Positions 26,378 through 35,546 of a stretch of 64,000 nucleotides of DNA are shown here, in pieces. The translations under genes were made by a program, and so were the position numbers. This DNA is from Podarcis erhardii (taxonomy: Eukaryota): the NCBI GenBank assembly GCA_964252035.1, contig OZ176200.1; one strand, given 5' to 3'. Positions within the stretch are counted from its first letter, which is position 1. Every line of letters starts with the position of its first letter. The notes under the pieces are model-generated. The model was not told where the DNA came from and ran no database searches. It worked only from the letters and a program-made list of their open reading frames with translations.

Positions 26378-27599
26378 TACAAACACAGGTGTGAAATTTG
26401 TTCCACAGTAGCTACTAGTTTGCTCCAAAGGAAAGCAGTAATATATGCTGCTTTATTTTTAAGGGTTGGTAAAAACTGGCGAGTTCTTGGCAGTCTTTTT
26501 ATTTTGTTCGTTTCACTTTGGACTTGTACAGTGACTGGCATTCCATAGAATGGGATTAACCGCACTGTACTAGACACAGTTGAATTCAAGGCTTGTATCA
26601 GAGGCAGATTTAGGGCAGGGAGAGTGGCTCCCTGCCCCCCGCCCCGGGCTCTGAACCGAGGCATGTGCTGCTGTGCATTGCAACTATGATGTAGTGCACG
26701 TGCAGAAAGGAAAGCACACTGAATTTTGGCCTCACACAAGGTGCTGCTGAAATTTGAAAGACCCAAGTCTGCCTGTGCTTTTATCCTAACACTATGGGGT
26801 TTGCTTGTTTGTTTGCTCTTGTACTGGGAGGTGTCAGGTTTGTTTCCAGTGAAACAGAATTGCTGTCAAGAGCAATTGTTGCTGCTAGTCTAAGCTTGAA
26901 AGCATAGCAGCGAACTCCTAGGGGCTGAGGTCCCTTTGTCCTCCTCCCTCATAAAATATTGGAGGCAGCTGCTCCCTCCCCCAAGTTGATGGGCATTGCC
27001 ATTCAAATGATGTGTGTGCTGCATCTTGTGATTGTGAAGAGCGGGGCTTACCTGAGCCCCCTCAATATTTATTCAATTTGGCACTCCTGCTGGAAAGCCA
27101 AGAAAAGTCCAGGAATCTAATCAGGAGTACAGCTGATGCTATAAGGAAGAGAGTGCCTGTGCAGAATGCAGTTCCATCTACTAGACTAGGGACACGATCA
27201 AGGTGAGCTCAGACCCTCCAAGTGTCCCTATTTTCCAGGGACAGTCCCGGATTTACAGAAGGTGTCCTGGTTTGATCCTGGAATGCCCTGCATTTCCTTA
27301 GGACGCCCCTATTTTCACCGGGGAAATGTTGGTGGGCATGTCTTAGCCTGATAACAGTCGCGCACCTTTCTTTTGAGAACCAGTGAGCCAGCCACCTATT
27401 TCCACTTAAGCAAAGTCACAGAGAAGAACCTAACAACCACCAAGCACTTCGTCCTTCGTAAGTCCTGCGTTTAAAGTGCACTTTCTGTCCTAACAAACAC
27501 ACGGGGAACGATTCGTTGCAGCAGCAGCAGCGGTGACCCCATTATCTTGATTTCCAGAACGGGACAGGCCAGGACTGGAAAAGCGGAAAAAGTCAGCAC

Positions 27600-28086
27600 C
27601 AAGCCCAGGTGAATGAATGGAGCCAGCAGCCGCGGCCCGCGCTTGCGAGCTTCCTTTGTGGCTCCCGCCCCTCGTTCCAAGCCGGAGAGAGGGCACGTAA
27701 CAATCCCAGATCCCAGTCTCTCCCTGCACGTCCGGCACTGCCCGGGAGCTTTTTCGTGCGCTGCGTTGGATCCCGCGTGTTCCCAGCGCGTGTCCTCGAG
27801 GGACGGCTGGATGAGGCGGCGGAGGCGGCGGCGAGAGAGAGAGAGGAAGCCAGGAGGGCGGGAAGGAGGGAGGCGCTGGGCGGGGGCGGAGGCGCCGCTC
27901 GCTCCCCGTGGTACGTGTGCACGCTCCCGAGCGGCATGTCCTCGCTTCTCGTATCCGGCGGCGTGTGGCGCGAGCATGGCATTTCCCGCGTGGAGCTCGG
28001 GCCCGGCCAGAAGCGGCATGCCGCCGCCGTGGTGAGGCGATGCCGCCCCGCCGGCCGGGAGCGGGACCTGGTCTTGCGCGCAAACC
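27600..28086 (+). promoter_or_regulatory. CpG-island promoter/5' UTR of exon 1a with GC boxes and HIF-core motifs
   Basis: Very high CpG density; GGGGCGG at about 27883-27889; CACGTA 27694-27699, CACGT 27727-27731, TACGTG-tg-CACGC 27912-27924. TSS position unknown. Confidence 0.65.
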
Positions 28087-28695
28087 ATGGCCTCCTCCGG
28101 CGGGGAAGCGGCCCAGCAGCAGCCCCCGGCGGCCGCCCAGCTCCGCGGAGACTCAGTAGAAAGCATGAGGAGAATTTTCATCCGCCACCCGCCCGGGAGC
28201 CGCCCGGAGGGGGGCGGAGAGGGGCAGCCTGCCGGGCCGGCCCCAGGCCCCCTCGGAGGCCTCCTGGGCCCCGCTGCGAGCCCGGCGGAGGCCCCGGGCG
28301 TCGAGGGCGCTTCGCCCTCCGCCGGCTCTCCGCCTGGCAGCAAAGCTCCTCTCCGGGAGCCCCGCAGAGATGCGCAGAGGCTAGTCTTGCGCTACGTGGT
28401 GCCCTGCATGAACGCCTATGGCTTGTGCATAGTCGACCACTTCCTGGGGCACAGGATGGCCGAGAAAATCTTCCAAGAGGTCCTGGCTTTGCACCTGAGT
28501 GACAAATTCCAGGACGGCGCCCTGGCGAGCCAGAAGGCGGGCGGCGGCCGAGCCATTCGCGGGGACAAGATTTTGTGGGTTGAGGGCAGTGAGCCGGGCT
28601 GTGAAAATATAGGCTACCTCCTGAAAAGAATGGATAAGCTCATCATGTACGCAGATGGCAAGCTGGGGCGCTACAAAATTAGAGGAAGACACAAG
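28087..28695 (+). CDS. EGLN3: Putative alternative first coding exon (exon 1a) of EGLN3: about 95-aa Pro/Gly/Ala-rich N-terminus plus an EGLN1/EGLN2-like N-terminal half of the HIF prolyl hydroxylase domain
   Basis: ATG in strong Kozak context (aaccATGG) with an in-frame stop upstream (28033-28035). 203 open codons including YVVPCMNAYGLCIVDHFLG...IRGDKILWVEGSEPGCENIG...GKLGRYKIRGRHK, ending in AAG|GTTAGT, phase 0. This is the same junction as exon 1b and is frame-compatible with exon 2. Splicing to exon 2 is inferred, not observed. Confidence 0.8.
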
Positions 28696-29589
28696 GTTAG
28701 TAGTTTGCAAGCCCCGACCGAAGTTCACTCCGGGCTCCTCCGGAGTTTCTGATCTCCCTCTCTGCCATTTCATGTACTCTTCCGAGTCTTAACCACGCAA
28801 TTCCTGGCCGCTCTGCTACCAGCTGCAAACTCGGGCTTGGCATTTGGTCCATCCGCTCAGATCCTAACCCTAGTTCGATCGCTTTGTGAAACAACTTTAA
28901 ACCGTGTAGCGTTCACAGTCTGGCAGCCCACGTGGGATTTCCTATATCCACGAACTGGAGAGGTAGTAGCGGGTGATTGTGTATGGCGGGGGGTAACCTC
29001 ACTACGCTTAAAGACACAGTTTCCTTTTTTTTTTTTTTGCTTTTCCCGCCTTCATCAAAAGTTCCCTAGAGTTATTAACCAGGATTTGTGAGCTAGAGTT
29101 TCAAGGAGAACAAATTTTCTGAAACACTCGTGCGTGTATATACATATATATATAACCCCGAACATCTTACTTTAACGGCTTTCTCTAACGTTTATACAGT
29201 ACTGGTAATTTCTGAAACGATAGTTATCTTGGCAGGTTAGGAGAGTGGCATATTTTCCTAGCTTTTAGGAGAAGAGGAATGAATTTAGAATCCAGGTGGT
29301 GACAAGTCAGTGAGTGCTTTTTAAACACATCATCTGTAACGAGAGGCTTTTGAAAGCCGGGAACTGGTATTCCGCACGCATGATCTTGTTTTCAAAGCGA
29401 ATTCCAGCTCTGCAATATGTTTTGTCAGCAGATGATCAGGTGTGAAAAGGGTGGAGGATGTCTTGTAGTGGGAGAGGGAGAGAAAGAAAAGAGGGAGATA
29501 AGCACTTGTAACCTCGCTCCCCATCCCTATAGCATTAAGTTGCCAAGAGAAACTCAACTGGCACTTAACGCCCTTATCCCCCCCCCCCC

Positions 29590-30529
29590 GTTTGTTTACA
29601 TTGGCTTGTAGTATGTGACCGTAGTAGAAGCGTACATGCTGGGGGAGAATTCCTCAATGGCGGAGACCACACCCACTCCGAGTTGTAGGCGGCGCATGAC
29701 GAACCATAAGCCGCGCCTCCTCCGGACACGCGGCTTTTCCTCTCCGCCCTCTCCCCCACGCCTTGATTCCAGCCGTGAACCCTACGCGGGTTGGACGCTT
29801 CCGGCGAAGCCCCGCCCCGCCTCCCTCTTGATTGGCTGCCCTCACGTTCCACAGGGCTGCGGGTAGGCGCGGGGAGAGATTGTCCCCGGGACGGGGCTCC
29901 ACCCACGTGGCGCTCGCCGCAGAAGTAGGAACACATTCTGCACGTAGCAGACGTATTAATCAGAGAGGGGCCATCTGCTGCCTCGGTGAAATAAATTGAA
30001 AGGAGTTTGCAGGACTCGGCACCAAAAAAAAAAAAAATTAGGGGGAGTGATCACATCAGCAATTGCGGGGTGTTCACACACTGGTCACCCGGCCTTAAAA
30101 CTGGTAGAAAAGAGCTGCTTCAGCTTCCTTTTCCAGAAACTGCCTCTCTGCCAAGGCGCTGATCCCCCCCCCCCCCCGGTATTGGGTGGAGGTCAGTCCG
30201 CGGAAGGCGTGCAGCCACCGTTCACTTCATTAGCCAGCCTTGTGTCGCCCAGGGGCTGGGAGAACCCGAGAAGGTGGCTGCTGACTGCGCTGAAGACAAA
30301 AGTACGAGTTTAGCCAAACTTTTGGGCACGCCGGTTTCTCTGACTAGCCGGACACTGATTTGCTCTGCTCGCTTCTCCCAAGAGTTAGGCATCGCTGCTG
30401 GCGCGTGTGGCGGATTCAGTGTGTTTAGAATCGCTGATAGAAACCAGGTCTCCTGGCGCGCGCTCCGCCGCTTGGCTTGCGGCTCTTGACTTTCTGCTAC
30501 AAGGGGCGAAATCAGTCGGGTTCATTAAA
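29590..30529 (+). promoter_or_regulatory. CpG-rich promoter/5' UTR of canonical EGLN3 exon 1b
   Basis: TGTTTAC 29593-29599, ATTGG 29600-29604 and 29831-29835, GC box CCCCGCCCC 29810-29818, CACGTG 29904-29909, CACGTA 29941-29946; no ATG from 29699 to 30529. Confidence 0.7.
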
Positions 30530-30886
30530 ATGCCACTGGGACATATCATGAGATTAGACCTAGAGAGAATTGCCTTGGACTACATAGTGCCTTGTTTGCA
30601 TGACATTGGTTTTTGCTACCTGGACAATTTTTTGGGCGACTTGGTAGGAGACTGTGTCCTGGAACGTGTGAAGCAGATGCATTATAACGGGGAGCTGCAG
30701 GATGGCCAGCTAGCCGGCAAGCGCAAAGGCATCTCCAAAAGACACTTGAGGGGCGACCAGATAAAGTGGATCGCAGGCACTGAAGAGGGATGCGAGGCCA
30801 TCAACTTTCTCTTGTCACTGATAGACAGACTGGTTATGTACTGTGGAAGTAGACTTGGCAAATACTATGTGAAAGAGAGGTCCAAG
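30530..30886 (+). CDS. EGLN3: EGLN3/PHD3 canonical coding exon 1 (exon 1b), 119 codons
   Basis: Translates MPLGHIMRLDLERIALDYIVPCLHDIGFCYLDNFLG...RHLRGDQIKWI...GKYYVKERSK, the recognisable EGLN3 N-terminus; donor AAG|GTAAGA, phase 0. Confidence 0.97.
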
Positions 30887-33289
30887 GTAAGAAATTAAAA
30901 TGGGGGGAAATAGCTACTAACACTTCTGATGTAATGGGGACTTTTAATTTAGGAGCCATTCTTGAATGTTTGGATTGTAAGGGGGGTTAATATCCTTATT
31001 TGCTTTCATACTGATGCTGGGCTTAATCTTTCCACCATAAACTGCAAAACACAGGTAAGCAATACCAGGGATAAGTTTTTATGATCCTCCACCCCAAGTT
31101 AAAATCCTAAAAAAGTTTATTGTGAATATGCTCCTTTGGAATCAACTGGATTTACTTACTGGTTTAAGAATTTTTCACTTTTTCAGTGCAGCATGTAAAT
31201 GGCTATAATTCACACTGGGGGAGCTGATTTGGTTTAAGTGAGATTATAACAGTGTAACTGGCCATCTTGTCTCCTCCTAGAAGTGGAAATGCAGGGTGTT
31301 GCATTTGTGAGGAATTTGTTTTTTAAAAAATATTACTAATAAGAATTGCACTATAGCATTGATTATACACCTTTAGAAGTTTCCTAGAACTACATTGGCA
31401 ATTCAAAATGATTTTGAATGGTGCCAAAAGTTTGTATAAGTCCATTGCCTAATTAGATTATCCTTGCTTTCCTGTCACTTTCCACTAAGCTCCAGGTTGG
31501 GTTCTTGTGGTGGTCATATGCTGAGTGCTTGTCAGGCTCCTGAGCAGCTTAGCTTGTCTTTAGAAAGGTAATAAAGTTAATCCCTAATTTATGCACATAT
31601 GTACCAGCAGAGGACACTGCACAGCTGAGTAAATAAACAAAATCCACAGCAATTAATAAATTAATTTATGCTGAAAAGTGACCGAAGTGTGGGCCCATGC
31701 ATAAACTCATTTTGGTTTGCATTGATCAAACTGATTGCACAGCTTCAACCTTCTGTTAGCAATCAGTTTCATACAATTTAAGCCTTTGCATGTCAGAAGT
31801 AAATCCTATTGAGCTCAGTGGAATTTCAACTTACTCCCTGGTTAGTGGAGTTAGGATTGCAGCTGTGGAATGCGAAACATATCTGGAAGTGACAACAAAA
31901 ATCCTGATTAATGGCCATGAGAGGACGTTCTGTAACAGTAGTTAGATTGGTTTCCTTCTTCCTTAGTTTCAGACTTCATTGAAATCACCAGATAAATTAT
32001 TTCATTGCTTTTCCTTCCTTCCCTACCACTCAAGAGGTAAAGAAGTAAAATAATGTCATGCATATGTTCAGTTGAACAAAAGCAGTTTTGACAAAAGCCA
32101 GCACATTAGCTAGTTTTTGAAAAGTTGTTCGGGACTTTCTTCCTCACTTCTGTGTTGCTTATTATTCCAGCATCCTTCATGCTAATGAATGAATAGTTTT
32201 ACTAGAACTCAACTTTAGGTAGTGACTAAGCCTACAGAAGTATATCTGTAACTCTGCTATAGGCTTAATTATTTACGGTGCAATCCTATGCCTGTCAGAA
32301 GTAAGTCTCATTGATTCAAATGAGGCGTACTTCCAGGTAAGTGGGTATGGGATTAAAGTCTTTGGATTGTGTGCAACTAACTTTGAATTAGAGTAGACCC
32401 AGTGATCCATTGCTTTTAACATCAATGGGTCTACTCTGAGTCAAAGTTGACTACAACCCCATGAATCACAAATAGGACTTGCAACAAAATATTGCAGTGT
32501 GGACTGGGTGTATTCAGAGTTCCAGACAACAATGGCCTTTTGCAAGACACTTCATTTGCCCTGGTTTTGTCTTCCCAGTCAGCCAGTGTACTATGGCTAC
32601 CAAGCATGCTCAGTGAGCTAGTTGGTGGCTTCCCCTCCTCTTACTTTTTTGGGGTGATATTTTACATTTTTGTGTTTCAGCAAACCTTGGGACTCTTCTG
32701 AACCTCTTATGTATTGATGCATTTTGGGTACAGTCTAATGAGTTTGCTGTTAGCATATAGAATTCTTAGATTTGCTTATGTTTATCACAGAAGTAGAAGT
32801 TAAACTGAGTTAAAAGTGATCAACCATCACTCTGACTGCTAGTAAGCATAGCCACAATCTGTGTACAGTTTTAGCTATCTACGTAAAGCTGTCTTAAGGT
32901 GGTGATTGTAAGCATGCTTACTAGGGAATAAATCCCGGCTGAATTAAATAGGACTTGTAAGCAAAGATGCTTAGAACCGTGGAGCACAGGAGATGGAACA
33001 TCATGGGGGAATGAATATGGAAGAGAAATCATAACACACATTGCACACATTGGGAAGTTACAGACTATATTCATGTTAGAAGCTGATTTAAGCCCCAGTC
33101 TTGAAAATAATCTATGGCCACAATGATTCACACACTTACCTGGAGCCAAGTCCCATTGAACTCAGTTGGACCACTTCTGAGAAGATGTGCATAGGATGTC
33201 ACTGTAAGTTTATTTACTTAATTACTTCTCCAAGGAGCTCATGTTGACACACATGGTCCAAACTCTCCTCGTCTAATCCTTGCCAGATC

Positions 33290-33424
33290 CATGTGAGGTG
33301 GGTTAGGCTGAGAGGCAGTGACTGGCCAAGGTCACCCAGTGAGCTTCATGGCCAAGTGGGAATTTGAACCCTGGACTCTCGGGTCTTAGCCTGACACTTT
33401 AACCACTATAACACACAGGCTCTC
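33290..33424 (-). mobile_element. MIR/Squam3A-like SINE fragment (similar relics near 22830-22980, 46620-46800 and 52985-53170)
   Basis: gtgaggtgggttaggctgagag...ccaaggtcacccagtgagcttcatgg...tttgaaccc...ttaaccactat motif set. Confidence 0.6.
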
Positions 33425-33550
33425 AGTTTAAGATTGTTGCTTTAGGCTGTAAGCTGATAACATACTTGGTGTAAGTCCCATTGAACTCAAATGAGGAAGG
33501 GCTATAGCTGTACCTAGGGGTTGATGAAACCCCTGCAGGGTCACAGACCC

Positions 33551-33605
<55 letters not shown>
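33551..33605. repeat. (GT)14(AT)n compound microsatellite
   Basis: Direct inspection. Confidence 0.95.
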
Positions 33606-33609
<4 letters not shown>

Positions 33610-33656
33610 CAATATTCAACTGTCTGGTGTTTGAGTCCTACCACACTACCTGGAGT

Positions 33657-33919
33657 GGGATGCGGGTGGTGCTGTGGATTAAACCACAGAGCCTAGGACT
33701 TGCTGATCAGAAGGATGGCGGTTCAAATCCCCACGACGGGGTGAGTTTCTGTTGCTCGGTCCCTGCTCCTGCCAACCTAGCAGTTCGAAAGCATGTCAAA
33801 TGCTGGCCACATGACCTGGAAGCTGTACGCCGCCTCCCTCAGCCAATAAAGCAAGATGAGCACCGCAACCCCAGAGTCAGCCATGACTGGACTTAATGGT
33901 CAGGGGTCCCTTTACCTTT
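33657..33919 (+). mobile_element. Sauria SINE (internal deletion)
   Basis: GGGAtgcgggtgg head, ggttcaaatcc B-box-like motif, ctttacctttac tail; 14-bp TSD with one mismatch (33643-33656 / 33920-33933). Confidence 0.88.
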
Positions 33920-34647
33920 ACACCACCTGGAGTGCCCCTGCCCAGCTCAGCACCTCTTTTTCCTGCAGAAGAAATCTGCCAGGATCTCCAGCATAAAAAG
34001 CTGCTGCTGCAGAAGGGACAGAATAATGCTAGAATAAGGCTCTTTGTTGCCTTTCTGAATTTTTCTCACGTCAACTTGGTTTATAAAGTCTGGACTGACT
34101 GCTTCTGTATAGGGAGCAGTGCAAGCCTAGTCTGAAGTATGTCCTGCTTGGAATATAGGAAGTGGCCTTATACCTCGGCCCATCTAGCTCACTATTATTT
34201 GACTAACAACAGCTCTCAAAGATTTCAAGCAGGAGTCTCCCCCAGCACTACCTGAAGATGCAGACGTATGCATTAGTTTTCAGTAAGGTTGATGTCAACT
34301 TTCCCAGTTGCATTATGCGTCCGCGTTTTGCATGTCACACAGAGTCTTAGTAGTAGTAGAAGTGAAGAGGAAATCCCAGTCCGGTTGAAGGAAGTCCTCT
34401 TGGCTGCTTGAAATCATGACAAATCAAAGTGAGGTATTTATATAAAACTAGGACTAGCAACTAATCCTTATGGTAAATGTCTGCTACTCCCAAGTGTTCA
34501 GGCCAAAGAAATATTTACATGCCGGCATCATTTCAGTCAGCAATTACATATGAAAGGCAGACAGTTTGAAACATTGTGCTGCTAAAAGTAAACACTACTG
34601 TAGTTCAGGGCTGCAGCCTAAAATGCGCAGTACCTCACAAGGTGGTA

Positions 34648-34954
34648 CAGTGGTGCCTCACAAGACGAAAAGAATCCGTTCCGCGATTCTCTTCGTCTAG
34701 CGGTTTTTTCGTCTTGCGAAGCAAGCCCATTGACAGCTTAGCGGATTAGCGCTATTAGCGGCTTAGCGGATAAGCAGATAAGCAGCTTAGCGGCTTAGAA
34801 AAAGGGGGGGAGGGGGGAAAAATTCGCAAGACATTTTCGTCTTGCGAAGCAAGCCCATAGGAAATTTGTTTTGTGAAGCACCTCCAAAACGGAAAACCCT
34901 TTCATCTAGCGGGTTTTTCGTCTTGCGAGGCATTCGTCTTGCGGGGCACCACTG
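34648..34954. mobile_element. Tc1/mariner MITE with internal short tandem repeats
   Basis: CAGTGGTGCC...GGCACCACTG TIR, TA TSD, internal (GCGGNTTA)-like array. Confidence 0.82.
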
Positions 34955-35344
34955 TAATTTCCACAAGCAGACTATCTAAAGTAGAATTTAACATGAGTGT
35001 GAATGTTTAATCTCCTGTTCTCACCAGTGACACAGTGGTCCTGCCTTCCAATGTGTGCTCCATGCTATCTATATCACAGTTAGGTTTACCTTCCCACCCC
35101 CTCCCCGGCACTACCATGCAATTTGTCATTGTTACTTTGAACTTTCAGAAACTCTGGACAATAATCCAAACCAGCCTTGGGTACTCCTCCCTGTCTCTCC
35201 CCTTTCCTTCTCATGCTCTCATTCTCTATTTATTTATTTATTTATTTATTTATTTATTTTCTATGCCACTCTTCATCCAGGTAACACTGGGCAGTTTACA
35301 ATATAAAAACACAAAAATACATAGCATAGTAACAAAAAACAGTA

Positions 35345-35386
<42 letters not shown>

Positions 35387-35409
35387 AAAGGGTCATAGAT
35401 GGTTTAATT

Positions 35410-35546
35410 CAGGCATAGGCAAACGGGGCCCTCCAGATATTTTTGGGACTACAATTCCCATCATCCCAAGCTAACAGGACCAGTCATCAGGGATGATGGG
35501 AATTGTAGTCTCAAAACATCTGGAGGGCTGAGTTTGCCTATGCCTG
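35410..35546. mobile_element. hAT MITE (137 bp)
   Basis: TIR CAGGCATAGGCAAAC / GTTTGCCTATGCCTG; perfect 8-bp TSD GTTTAATT. Confidence 0.9.

Noticed and set aside
28696-28752. Continuation of the ORF-track protein (VSSLQAPTEVHSGLLRSF) as a stand-alone 221-aa protein
   Set aside because: Homology stops exactly at the GT donor where all EGLN genes have an intron. The tail is intronic readthrough, and the product would lack the iron-binding residues.
27471-28773. Long ORFs overlapping exon 1a in other frames and strands (290, 297, 197, 140 and 130 aa)
   Set aside because: Shadow ORFs of very GC-rich sequence: low complexity, no recognisable domain. Only the 28087 frame shows protein-family homology.
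28696-30529. Idea that exon 1a starts a separate complete tandem EGLN paralog
   Set aside because: No [11 protein letters not shown]-type exon is visible between 1a and 1b, and only one set of exons 2-4 was found. A tBLASTn of the window would confirm this.
30407-30529. 41-aa GTG-initiated N-terminal extension of EGLN3
   Set aside because: Non-ATG start, an in-frame TAG at 30386-30388, and no recognisable similarity; MPLGH at 30530 is the conserved start.
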